From Paraspadella gotoi (taxonomy: Eukaryota; Animalia; Chaetognatha), in assembly GCA_051294375.1 (NCBI GenBank), contig CM119263.1:18686628-18750627 (forward strand): 64,000 bases of DNA. Direction: 5' to 3'. The translations under genes were made by a program, and so were the position numbers. Of the stretch, positions 1 to 12,466 are shown one piece after another; position 1 is the stretch's first letter, and each line of letters opens with the position of its first letter. Under the pieces are notes generated by a model, which was not told where the DNA came from, did not search any database, and saw only the letters and a program-made list of their open reading frames with translations.

Positions 1-520
1 CAAAATAGAGAAATAATTATTCTAAATAATTCGAAAAGAGCCTTAGTTTAGACGAGGAACCTACGTGAGAGTTTTCCAGGTGTTTCTTTTTCAAGTGTGT
101 TTGTGTGGGGGTGCGTTGTGTTCGAGTTTACAGACTTTCGGTTGACAAAACGAAAACCAACTTTGCCAACCGCGTACAATGATTTGAACGTAAAAACTTT
201 AACCGGGTTCGGTTCTCGAAGACTCGAAATATAAGCGATAATTCCATTCGATTCGAAAAAGAACAAACATGTTTTTGTTCTACTCTAGATTTAAAAAAAA
301 AAAGAAGGAAGCAGAGAGGGAAACAAAGAGAATGTTATAAAGAAACAGAATATCAAATATTAGATAAGAAAAAGAGAGAAATATTTAAAACTAAAAAATT
401 CAAAACGTGACATCACAGTCTTGACGTTTTTCGTATCGAAAATGACGTCGAATCCATCGCAAAATCTTTGACGCGAAGGATTTAGACGCGGTTTCTGCTC
501 AGAATAGAAAGGGAGAGTTT

Positions 521-543
521 TGACGTCACGAGAGTATGACGTC

Positions 544-544
<1 letters not shown>
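521..544. promoter_or_regulatory. Two perfect CRE/ATF palindromes (TGACGTCA) next to a (GA)n tract
   Basis: TGACGTCA at 521-528 and 537-544, directly followed by (GA)n. The motif also occurs elsewhere in the window, so function is unproven. Confidence 0.25.

Positions 545-545
<1 letters not shown>

Positions 546-636
<91 letters not shown>
546..636. repeat. (GA)n microsatellite
   Basis: Perfect dinucleotide run of about 90 bp. Representative of many similar tracts, e.g. 928-1046, 10338-10457, 12371-12457, 13668-13820, 15215-15293, 17742-17857, 25486-25612, 34527-34646, 35155-35282, 53395-53562, 60135-60239. Confidence 0.98.
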
Positions 637-639
<3 letters not shown>

Positions 640-926
640 AAAGATTGAGATTAAAAAAAAATAGTTGCAACTTTGAACATCGTTGGTGTCAGTAACATCT
701 ACGTAAGAATGAATCTGACGTCCTTAGGGAAAGCCATTGTTTGGAATTATCAGCAAGTATGTCAGGTTCAAAGGGCTCAATTTATATAAATCTTCAATAA
801 TAAGGAATAGATTATGAGTAAATAAGGACTACAGGAAAACTTAAAAAGAATATCGGACAGAAAATTTTGTGATTTACCTCAACTTACATTGACCTTTTGG
901 GCTTGAATAAAAGACTGCCTTGAACT

Positions 927-1048
<122 letters not shown>

Positions 1049-1338
1049 ACGGCTGAAGACGAGGAAAAAACGAGAAATCGTGGAACTTAGTAGAATTCTC
1101 AAAATTCTGATTGGAAAAAAAAGAAAATTAACCAAAAAATGATGGATTCAGTCAAGGGCCTGAAATGGACAATGCATGATGCCAAAAGCCAAATGCATTT
1201 CAATCATTTCTCTTTTTCGGAACAGCTCCGCCTCCGACGACATGCTTCAAGGGTTACTTCATTCCGTCGTCCCTTCCGCCTCCATGCCTGGCTTCAATAT
1301 CAAAGGCTTCCCGCGTGGTGCAGCGGGCAGATTATTAT

Positions 1339-1424
1339 ATTTTTAGTTGCGCCACGAGTAATCTATAAGTCACTTTTCGGTCGGTCGGTCGGTCCGTCGG
1401 TCTATCTGTCCGTCGGTCTGTCCT
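1339..1424 (+). mobile_element. HINE/DINE-1 (Helentron-associated non-autonomous element)-like 5' end fragment
   Basis: TTTTTAGTTGCG...CTATAAG...TTTT followed by a (GTCG/GTCC/GTCT)n tetranucleotide tract. This matches the T-rich start, short core and GTCY microsatellite layout of DINE-1/HINE elements. No 3' stem-loop was identified. Confidence 0.55.
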
Positions 1425-4400
1425 ACTTAAGTTAATAATGCTTATAACTTGCCTATAGTTTGTTGCTCATTTGTTAAAAATCAAATCTAAACGACTACTG
1501 GCACCGCCTTTTGTTTTTAAAGAAAAGTAAAAAAAAAAGTAATGCGGCGCAACACCTTCGAATAACCGTTCCTTGTTCCTTTTATTAAAAGGAGAAAGGA
1601 GAAAGTGAGAGAGGAATTCGTGATTTGCCAGCACTTTGCAGCAATCAAAAGAAACGCACACAAATTAGAGAACATACACGGTTCAACAAAATTACAAAAA
1701 TCACCAACAAATTTAAAACAATATAATTATTAAAGAAGAGAGAGTTGGGAAAAAAATTTCAATAGTGATAATTCTTCCAAAATGAAATTACTCACCCAAT
1801 GAGTTTGGAATCCGTTGAACATTGAAAACAATAAATTTGTGAAGTTTTGTATTGAGTAGAAAAGAAGAGAAAAGAAATAAAATTTAAAAAAAATAAAAAA
1901 AAGATTAAAGAAAATAGTTGTTGAAAATCCCCTTGTCCCCCACCCCATTGGAAATAAACTTGGGTCTTCCACGCCGCTGTGGTGGCGGACAGGGAAGAGG
2001 AAGAGGAAAAGGAAAATGAAGAGGAAGAAGTAAACGAAATTACCTGAAACTTCGAATTTAAAGGAAAAAAAATGTTATTTGGTGTGTGTGTGTGTGTGTG
2101 TTGGTGTGAGAGAGAGAGAGGAGAGAGGAGAGAGAGAGAGAGAGAGAGAGAAGAGAGAAGAGAGAGAGAGGAGAGAGGAGTTTAGTGTATGACAGAGTTT
2201 TTTTTAAGGAAGACGACAGGACGGATCTTTCGCCTCGGAGGCGACGACGACGATCGCGACGACCGCGACCAAAAAAAGGCGACGTTTTAAATTTTAACCG
2301 ATTTGTTTTGAATCGGTAAAAATAAGATAAAAATTTTTTTGTATAAAAATAAACGTAAGAATCACTAGAATATGATATTTTCTGAATATTCTCGATACGT
2401 TTTTATTCGTTGTGGCTTATGAGGGAATAGAAAGTTTAAAAACTTATAGGTATTCGGGCATTCCAGTACTTTTGCCGTTCTCTCTTTGGCTTTAAGATAA
2501 AAGTTTCGAAGTAAAATTTAAATGAATACATAATACGATTACGGATATAAGGGGCGAAAAAGGGAACGAGTAGTGAAGTAAAAAAAAATCTTCTTTCGAC
2601 ATGACTCATCTCGAATCCTGGTATACTACCCGGTTGTCCCATTTTTTTTTCATCGGGGCAGAAACTTTTTACACAAAATAGTTTTGACGGTAAATTAGAG
2701 TTTACTCAGTTTCTTGCGAAACTTTTACCTTTTATATTTTTTTATTTCTTTCTAAACTGGGGACCATTCATGACAGTATCGTATATTTCGGTATAAAAAC
2801 TTTTGACGGAAAAAGCTGAGGGACCATAAATCCAATATAGTTATTCGTACGTTTATTTCATAACAGTTCCGAGTATTTTTATGTTAGTTTTACAGTTCAA
2901 TACTGGTAATCGTCGATCTCATATTTACATAAGTTGAAATATTTTACCACTTAAATCTTCATTGATGGGTAAGCCAGGTCTTGAAATGACGGCGACCGGG
3001 ATAAAAGGATGCATATTGAAGATTTCCGCGAGGAAAGAAAAGGTTAAATCCGGCTAACGCATGTGGTTCCTCCCTTTTGAAATTTTCAATGAAAAGCGAA
3101 CCAATAATTTCAGTTGTATTACATTAAAGCGACTTTTCACAAACAGCAATCTGGCTGATGAATACCTCCAACTCACTATTCCTGGCTTAGCAACAAGGAA
3201 TCAGCATTGCTGATGAAGAATCTAACTATAAATATAATTCTAAGCTTCTAATTCTGCAACTCGTATGCTCTGACTTAAAACGAGAGGAATTGCTTTCTCC
3301 TTTTATTGAGATCATGACTAAAGGTAGCAAAGGACTTTCATATAAGAACAGCAAAAAAGATACTGAAGGTGAGCGAATTCATCAATCATCAGTTTAGCGA
3401 GGCAAAGGTCGACCGGAGATTAAACTCCTTTCGACCTAAACCGCTGCGATTCCATTAAGAAACACAACAGAAGGCTCCAACAACCGTGGCTAAAACAGCC
3501 GGACAGACAGCTCTGGTTACGCAAGTAGGACCCGAAAGTTTTTCGCATCCCTGAAGGAAGAGACGATGTCGTCCAGCGTCGTCAATTCCGGGTAAGGAAC
3601 GCCATCTGAGTAGTTAATTGAATTTTTTACATTTTGAATATGTCAATATTTATATTTAATATGGTTTACGAGTCAAATCAGAGAAACTTACTTTGAAAAG
3701 TTTTGGGCTCTTGACTTAAGATTTTGTCTACGTAGAAACGCGCGATATCTGGGTCGCACTCAAGATCGCCACTTGCGATATCCTACGAACAAAAATACTT
3801 TGAGTAAATTAAGTCTGACTTGAATGAGAATTGTGTTATTCAACACTAAGTAATTAATGAGACTCTGCTTTATATCCTGTTCGCGAGTGACACCAAAAAA
3901 ATATTTACTATACTTTAAATATTTAATAAATATAATTTATAAGTTTCATTTTGTGTTTAAATCATTTATTATTCCAGGTTTAATTTTTTATCGAACATAG
4001 TAAAATTGGGGAAAAAGACCATTTTAAACATTCTTATTGAATTTTTAAAAAACATCATAAGAAATCCCTATAAATGGTCTAATTAATGAAGTATCTGAAC
4101 TATCGTAATGTTTAGTAATTTCTGAGTAATGATTTTTATTTTTTTAATTGTAAATCTTAAGTTTTATTTATACAATTTTTCCAATTAAAAAAAAATGCTG
4201 TCCTGAGCATGTTCTTGAGTGTCTTGAATAATTATTTTATATTATAAGGATTCACAGATAATTTTTAATTTAATGGTGTAAATAGATTTAAATAATTTTA
4301 AATGATTAATGAATAATTAATTTAGAATTATTTTCTTTTTTTTGACCATTAAAGAAAGGTTTTACATAAGTAAATATCAAATTAATCTTATGAAATTACA

Positions 4401-4493
4401 ATATAAGAAACGTCCAGTACTTTGCTATAGAATGAGGAAAGAAAATTTCAAAAAATATTTATTTAATGAGAAATGTTACGCATTTTTTTTGTA

Positions 4494-7400
4494 TCACTGG
4501 CGAACGGACACCGGGTAGTTTCCTCGCTGAGTCGTTCCCACCTTGCACGCTTGATATATATGATTCCTTATGTCATGTACGGTGGGATACAAGCTTCTGT
4601 TGTGTCGGTCGGGTTGCCAATTACCGCTCGAGGGAAGGATCTCGCTTTCCACATACGTTCTGATAAAAGTTGCGATTAAAACTTCATTTGTAAACCATAT
4701 TGCATCGTTAATGCTTTTTTATCGTTTTACGCCTTAAATGGTTTGTTTTTCTATTTCAGAAATATATTGCACGGTTAAACGTCGTTCCCCCACCTGAGTA
4801 TCTTTCTGATCTCGACTGCGTTGGTGATGCCGAAGACGACGCACTCGCGCAACTTCTGGACGACATCGAATCGTTGGTGTTCCTCGTCGGGAACTCGCAT
4901 CGAGTCCGCTTCGTCGTCGGCGGGATTGAGTTCGATAGAGTCAACGGCCGAGGTTGGAAAGAGATGGTTTGGAGTGGGCGACTTAGTGGGTGAGGGGGAA
5001 GCCTTTTAAGAAAGGGGCAGAGGTAAGCATTAGGATAAATTATTTAAACAAACTGCAATAAGCAAAAAAATGGCTTCAAAACTTTTTTAATACCAATAAA
5101 ACATAACAAAATATAGAAAAATTACCTCGAACTGTAAATCGTTCGCAAAGGCTAAATAGAAAAGAGCCACATTTAACACTGTCTTAAGGCAACCACTAGC
5201 CAACAACTTTTTCAACATTAACCGGGAACTCTCCCACGCATGACAAATCGAACCCATCCGCCCGATTCTGAGAAAGCAAGAAACCTTTTGTTTTCTGACG
5301 TAGGTCGCTGGGGACCTCTGCTGGGAGAATTGGAGCGGAGATTCCTTGACGTTATTCTCCGTGTGATACTCGTGGGCGTTTTTGGTGGGCAGTTGAATAT
5401 ACCACCTGCAGAAAAAATGGTCAGTAATTTTTTTAGAAAAGTATAAAATAAAATTGGAAGTAAATTCTTAACGTACCTGTCCTCTCCCCTGAGAGGAGGT
5501 TGGTCTGTATCCGTTGAATTGGCAAAATTCTTTAAACGAGCCTTTAGGTCCTTAAAATATCTGTCCATCAACTGCTTCGTCGCCTTCCGGAGAGAAACGT
5601 GATTTTCGTCATTGACGCCAATGTCGTAATCCAGAAACTTGTAGACTTTTTTGATGTAGATTCTTGAGAAAAAATTCCAAATAAAAAAAAAATATCAAAT
5701 AAATAACCTAGTATGGTGGACTAAAATCCACCAACCGTTCATCAGCGGCCATTGGTGCCGGAGGCAAGTCATTCGCCTCCCAACCCAAAGGTCCGGGGTT
5801 CTAGCCTGGTGGTCGTCTGGCAGTTAAGAGGGACGGGGCGCTTAACCCGCCTGTAACATGGTGTTACAGCCTGATCCGAAGCTCAGGGACTGCTTATATT
5901 GAACGGTTCTGTCACTAACACATAATAATAATTACTGTCTCTTCACTAGACCATTTAAAATTTTATAAATTTCATAAACTAAATAAAGTGCCTTTAACAT
6001 TCACACCTAGCAGGGCAGCACTCGATGAAGTTCGAATCGATTTCGCCCTGTTTCCGCTTCCGTGACTCGATGCCAAGACCGGCGCGTTCAGCGTGCAGAG
6101 CTGCGTGGCGGCGACGCGCACCAAACTGGCACTCCATCACAATAGCCCGCGATCCCATGTTGATGAAAGGGACGCCGTCGAAGGGGGCGTATTGGGATTT
6201 CCACAGAAGGCGTTGTGCTGATTTGCCTAAAATCGAAAAAAGGGTCGCGATGTCAGCGATGTCGCGAAGCCTAGTGACATCAACGACTCACCTGGAGTTG
6301 GGCTTTGCCTCGTGCCCCACGAGGATCTTGTGGCGTTTTTGTGAAGCGTCAGCAAGATATCGAGTTCAGTTTCGCTGCAGACGTATCCTCGATAGTAATC
6401 ACCAACCTAGGGAAAAGACGCCAACAACGTTTCACATCTTTAATCACAATTCGCGGGAATGATTATACGCGTACCTTTTTACAGTCACGTAAATGCGACG
6501 TCCAGGTTTCTGGGTCCAAATAATCGCTGTCCGACTAAAAATAAAAACCACTCCATTAAATTAACGATAATAAATAAAAGATGAAAAGAAAACTCGACCG
6601 CTACTAACGAAAGAGTCGATGTCGGAGGCGAAGATGGCGTTGGAATCGAGCGTGAGTCCCAGGAGCTGCACCTGTTGGCCAGACTTGGGTCGAATCGTCA
6701 CGATGTTACCGTCGGGATCGAACAGCTTGAGGTCATGATCGTCCGACTCGGGTTCAGCAGTTGGCAGAACAACGACGTTTGAATTCGTGCCTGCGATAAA
6801 TATGGGATTGAGAAAGACTGGGGGATACAAAATAAAATCTTCACGCAAAAATACTAAATCTTAAATTTTTAAGCCTTTGAAGCATTTTTCCGATCAATGA
6901 AGTATAAAAGGTAAACATCACTGATGTACCTTGACCTTCGGGTATCGAGATAATCTGAATTCTGGAATCATCTCCGAAAGGCAAAGCTTCGGCCTCGCTC
7001 GATCCTTGCACAACGTATGTATTTTCGCTGACAGCTCCGTCTATAAACAGAAAATTGAGTTTGAGGGTTGAGGGGTTTGTCAATACATGAATATATAATA
7101 TTTACGTATGAATAATCAAACGAAAGCTTTACATTAAAAATTCTATGCCTATTTACCCTCATTTTCATCTTCGAGAATGACGAAAGAATCCATAGCTTCA
7201 GAGGGAGAATCGGGCAGAAGAAGCGTCACAGATCGCTCTGTCGGTTGCGTCACCCGCCTTGATTCGGGATGCGCGACACGTTGCGGGGAATTCTGCAGAA
7301 TGGGGCGCTGCTCCAACTCTGTCCGGAGCCGTTTTGCGGGTTGACAGTCTCCTGTGGACAAGCGTCTTTGCGCTTTCAACCGCTCTCGCTGCAGCAGCTT

Positions 7401-7829
7401 TTCCTGAAGCTGAGGACCCGAGCGGTACGGCATGAGGCTGTAGGCGTGATCCAAGCTGACGGAAACTGCGGCCATAGCTTGCCGCTCCACTTCGTCCTCG
7501 ACTTCATCTATCGCTTCCTCGTCCATGTTAGTTTCAACGAGCATGTAGCCTCCTTCTTCGAGATCAACGGCCGACTCCATGGTTACCTCTTGATTCTCAA
7601 TCACCGTGTGCGGCTCGACGTCGGTAGTTTCCTCGACGGGAAGCAACGAATACTCGGCGTCGGCTTCACTGCCTCCGCTGACGACCGCGTAAAATTGAGG
7701 GACGCCGTTTTCGTCGTAGACGACCTGAATTTGGCCTTCTTCCTCCTCGTCATTGGACACGACGAGCTGGAAAGCGTCACCGCCCTCTTCGGTCTGAACC
7801 GTCAGCGTGTCACCGCTAGAGAGATCCAT
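4494..7829 (-). CDS. CARF: Calcium-responsive transcription factor (CaRF/CARF) orthologue, 10 coding exons, about 680 aa
   Basis: Exons (minus strand): 7829-7157, 7040-6930, 6790-6609, 6534-6475, 6406-6292, 6226-6007, 5662-5477, 5405-5285, 5002-4794, 4659-4494. All introns are GT-AG with consistent phases (2043 nt in total). The translation contains CARF blocks as recalled from vertebrate CARF: [161 protein letters not shown]. The last exon could also splice on at AAG|gtggga. Confidence 0.93.
5745..5925 (+). mobile_element. tRNA(Gly)-like-headed SINE copy in CARF intron 6
   Basis: The head GCCATTGGTGCCGGAGG...TTCGCCTCCCAAC...CCGGGGTTCTAGCCTGG has Pol III A- and B-box-like motifs and resembles tRNA-Gly(CCC). 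The body GGGAC..GGGCGCTTA...AGCCTGATCCGAAGCTCA..ACTGCTTAT..TGAACGGT recurs at about 9370-9540. Confidence 0.7.
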
Positions 7830-8110
7830 AGCTGTAGTGATGGCGACGGCGATGCGTAATCAGACAAATTTAATACACTGTGCCTCAGCACGTCGCGTAG
7901 AAAATAATAAACGCCTGAGGCGACTTACACCGATAACTCTCAGGAAATTAAAATAAAAAACTTCGTCAAAGTCCGAGAATCTTCAAAAATTGGCCCGAAA
8001 TTGTGGCCTCGACATGGAGACAGGGAGACAGTTACCTCGATCGAGCTGATTATTCAGCCTCAGTGCCACGTTCCGCCTCGGTTTCAACGACTGCTCTTTT
8101 GATGTCTCCT

Positions 8111-8304
8111 CCAATCAGGAAGCCGCAATGCACTTGAGGTGTCCAATCACCTGACAGATAGCACCGACGTTAGTAGGTCTTACTGTGATTACTGAAAGAA
8201 CTCCAAAAGCTCTTTCTTTTCGTTGCAATAACATCGAACCAATTAAGCTAACGTTACAACTTTGCAGCGTTATTGGTGTAATATTAAGCTTAGCACCAGC
8301 CAAT
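8111..8304. promoter_or_regulatory. Cluster of five CCAAT (NF-Y-type) boxes, putative CARF promoter
   Basis: CCAAT at 8111, 8143, 8239 and 8300, and ATTGG at 8272. The cluster lies just upstream of a probable non-coding 5' exon whose minus-strand donor (GAG|gtaact) is at 8036/8035. Confidence 0.55.
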
Positions 8305-8469
8305 CAGAGTTCGGAATTTGCAATTTTTCTTATATTTTGTTATTCTGTGATGAATATATTCAAAATTACTACAGTGTAGTCTACACATTACATATTTTTA
8401 TCATCTTGCCACTTGCCACCTTCCACTTTTAAATCCAAATTCTGATTTCGCGTATGTTCAATAAAACAT

Positions 8470-9170
8470 CTTTTATGTTTCTTGTTTTCCAGACATCCGG
8501 CAGAGGACATTAACTCGATGTACCAAATTTGAATTTGGCTGATAAAAAGAACAACGAATGAACACGAAAGCGTAGTAAAAAGTCTAAATTTAACTTCAAA
8601 TAAAATTCTAAACGTGAGGAATGAACAACAATATATTAATGAAAAAAAAATGTATTATAATTTTCGCGATTTACGCAGTAGGCTATGTTTATATAAAGTA
8701 CTAACCCTATAAATGTTAAAATTAAAAAATGTTTTTTATAAGATTTTTTTGAAGATTTGGGTTCGTCATAAAAGTTGATGACAGAAATATAACTTCTTTT
8801 TTATAATCTCCCATCAAAATTAAGAAAAGTCCATTTTGAAATTTTAGGATTTTTTAATGAAAGTACAATGTATAAATATAGCCTACAGCGAAAATTCGAA
8901 AACAAAAAAATAATTTTTATATCAATTAATGTTCACTGGTGGTATGTTGTTCATAATTGACTATTAGAATTTTCATACGTGACTTTCACCACGCTCTAAC
9001 ACTGAATAAGTTTTACTAGCGTTCTTAGATATAAACTAAAAATATTTATACTAAAATACTAAACATACTAAACATACTAATATCTCTCTTTAAAATTTAA
9101 ATTTGGATATCTCCTAAAAAACGAATGTCATCCTCAGTCTTCATAAAATGGGTAAAACCAACATAAGATT
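8470..9170. mobile_element. Degenerate fold-back / MITE-like inverted repeat
   Basis: 8660-8696 (TTTTCGCGATTTACGCAGTAGGCTATGTTTATA) is the imperfect reverse complement of 8868-8902. The outer arms at about 8475-8535 and 9090-9170 also pair loosely. Confidence 0.45.
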
Positions 9171-9369
9171 GTCCAATGTCCATTGACCAATGACCATAAA
9201 CAATTAAACATGCTTGACAATTATAGACAGGCCATGGAGGGAAAAGGCCTCCGTCCTTTTTTTAGATTATAGCATGACAGGACCTTTATTAATTCCTAAT
9301 CCCAAACGGTGTTTAAATTAATGTTTATTGTATGTATAAATGAAAACAATGTGTTTCGTAATTTCTCAC

Positions 9370-9540
9370 GAGGTAGTAAGTAGATCGCCTCGCAACCCTC
9401 AATTCAGGTCCTCGGTTCCAACCCGGTGGAATTTTTAAATGGGACTGGGCGCTTATCTATGTAGCCTGATCCGAAGCTCACGTACTGCTTATTTATGAAC
9501 GGTCATTTATTACAAATATTCTGTCTCGTCAACTAACTCT
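9370..9540 (+). mobile_element. Second, more decayed copy of the tRNA-derived SINE
   Basis: TCGCCTCGCAACCC...GGTTCCAACCCGGTGG (B-box-like), then GGGACTGGGCGCTTA...AGCCTGATCCGAAGCTCACGTACTGCTTATTTATGAACGGT, colinear with 5745-5925. Confidence 0.7.
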
Positions 9541-9699
9541 ATTGTTAGGGCTAATCTATGTCAATGAGGTGGGCCAGAAGTTTGATTTGGGAACATTCCC
9601 AAATGACACTTCATACATTTCTGAAAAAAAATTTCAATGGACCAAAATTTTATAAAATGGCTATTTATTGAAAGGAAATGTAAAAATTTTTTTGAATTT

Positions 9700-9935
9700 C
9701 GTATTTTTAAAAGCAGATTCAGAGAGCTTATGAAAAGTTGTCTACACGAAGTATAATTCCTTTTTCAATATTTTGATGATAAATGGGTCAAAGTTGGGAA
9801 AACCTTAAAAAATCATCATGATCATCATCATCCAATGATTTACACACGTTTTTGCTAATTTTCAGTAATGAAACATTAATATTTTAAAAAGTTATAATTA
9901 ATTTTTTGCTTAACTTTTTAAGCTCTATCAGAATA
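9700..9935 (+). repeat. Dispersed repeat family, copy 1 (copy 2 at about 11570-11865)
   Basis: Shares CAGATTCAG.GAG...AAA.GTTG.CTACAC.AAGTATAATTCCTTTTTC.ATATTTT and CTTAACTTTTTA..CTCTATCAGAAT with the 11570-11865 region. Confidence 0.65.
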
Positions 9936-10332
9936 ACATAACACAATAACTAATACCAATAATGGATTGTTGTTTAATGCTGTTTCCATTAAAATTTGAA
10001 TTTGGTCGGCGACTGCTACTATTGTCTTTTATTTTACTGAGGCTTTTAATCTTTCCAAGTTCTTTGTGAAACGCATTTATCCAATTATTTAGTGAGTTTG
10101 TTTAGATGTATTTAAAAAACAAAACAGAAAATTTTTATCTCAAATTAACTAATAAAACAAATTATTCAGTATGTCAGTATAGGATACGCTGGTAATTTTC
10201 AGTCTATATACATTAAAACCCATCTATATGGGCCTCCCGCCTCTTTTCGTTCTCATCATCTTTCGCCCCAATCCTGATCCCCAACTTTTTCGCAATTTTA
10301 TGGGAATGTCAGATCACCACTTAATTGTGATT

Positions 10333-10460
<128 letters not shown>

Positions 10461-11569
10461 CATTGGGAAGAGGACGCGCGCTTTACATGTTTTTTATCGA
10501 AACATCGCCTCAGTTTTTAGGTCTGAATGTCGATTAAAAAAATTAATGAATAACTATTTCACGGTTGCTTTGATCTAGATCGCTTAAATTTGTTTTTTTA
10601 AAAGCAAGCATATTTAATTTTTCGTCAATACGGTCTCGTGTTATTGAAAACACCTCTACGGTACATCAGCAAATTTTTTATGAATTACTTACCTCTTATT
10701 CACTTTATTATCAATATTATGTTAACAATTTTTTTTATTAAATAATTCTTAGAGTATTTCAATTTTTTAAAATGCCTGATATGATGATTGCTTTTTTCGA
10801 GTACGACGTTAATAAAAAACATTTTTTTCTTCGATTCTTTATTTTAAATATACAATTCGGACGCCTAAAGTTAAACACCCCCTGACGCTTGCGACGACCT
10901 CGTTTCCGGAAGAACGCCACGATTTCCTCCGCGGAAAAGTGACGACTGGAAAGATTCGGCAAGCTGTCTTGAACACGAAGACAAATTTGTTGGGTGAGTA
11001 TTCGTTCACCCGGCGTCACTCGCTTAATCACTCGGCGGACGGACGCGTACTTTGTGGTTAATGTTTTTACGATTAAGAGAATGGCGACGACAACGATGAG
11101 GACGACGGTCATAACGACGACGACAGCGACGAAATCCCCCGCGGGAATTCGCATCGCGTGAGACTGGACCACCGAGGACGACGACCACGACGACGACGGG
11201 TGAGGCGAGGCGAGGCGAGGTGAGGCGTGGAAAAGAGAGCGAGCGAAGGAAAACCAGCGCAGATGTGGAGGTGATGACAGGAGCCACTGAATTTGAAGAA
11301 GCGTTGGAGCGAGCGACACGACGGAGACTTGAGCAGCCGGATGGACTTGCGACCTCGATGGAGATTGTGGTGTCGTCGTTCTTGCGAGCAGTGATGACGG
11401 GTTATTGCTAGAAGCTAGGAGTAACCTAACTCAGTAAGGTGGTTAAGAAATTTAAAGCACCTGCTCAAACGAAAATTTAGACATTGTTTAAAAAAAATTA
11501 ATAGACAAAACATTTTTAATATTACTCTATAAATATTAAAATAGGAAAGGCTATTTTTTTATTTTTAAG

Positions 11570-11865
11570 ATCAGATTCAGTGAGTTTGCAAAAGGTTGGC
11601 TACACAAAGTATAATTCCTTTTTCGATATTTTTATCATTATTTTGAGCATTATTACATTTTTGGACTGAAACGTACTTTTATTTTCTCCTTGAAAATATA
11701 AACAAATTTCTTGTTTGTAAACAAAACAAAATTTCACTTAATTTTGATATTTTGATCATAAGTAGGTGAAAAATATGAAAAACTTTTAATAATTTTATTA
11801 TTTTATCTTAATTTTGACCAAAAACTATTTTTTCTTTAACTTTTTATACTCTATCAGAATCCATC
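11570..11865 (+). repeat. Dispersed repeat family, copy 2
   Basis: Colinear similarity to 9700-9935, with an insertion. Confidence 0.65.
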
Positions 11866-12364
11866 AAAAAGTTAAGATTGATTAAAAAAAAATTATCATC
11901 ATAATATTGTAATTTTTAAAGCAATACTAAAAGCATTAAAATTGAACTTTTTAAAAATTCTTTTTTTACCTAAAAGTAGGCTTCAAGACTACAGTTTCGA
12001 ACCCCATATTGAATTAAATTTCATAGTAGATTTCTACCTAAGCCTCTCATTTTATGTATCTTCTTTGAGCCCATAATGTTGAGACTATCAGCTAAATCTG
12101 AAATATTATTAGGAAAAAAAATACACCAAAAACACTATCTCCGATTTAAAAAAAAAATATTAAAATATGCGTGCACCAGTGTCGTGTATGTCCGACTGGT
12201 TTACATCCGTGCTTCGCTGGCCCACATCCGGGCTTCTCCTTCGGACACGTCGATTCGCCCCCTCGAATACAAGGCGTCGATTCTGAAGGCAAATTAATTA
12301 AATTTCTTAATCCGAATCCACTTACGTCTAAGGGGCAATCTTCTTGTCGCCTTCGATTTAATAA

Positions 12365-12466
<102 letters not shown>

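Noticed and set aside
3460-3606. GC-richer exon-like segment downstream of CARF
   Set aside because: Splice-like signals occur on both strands, but only short frames are open, no domain is recognisable, and no phase-consistent link to CARF could be established.
5745-5820. Functional tRNA-Gly gene
   Set aside because: The stems are degenerate and it is attached to a repeated body found again at about 9400, so it is better explained as a SINE head.
6025-6523. Plus-strand ORFs of 145 and 72 aa
   Set aside because: They are antisense to CARF exons 4-6 and run across introns.
7269-7859. 196-aa plus-strand ORF
   Set aside because: It is the antisense shadow of CARF exon 1.
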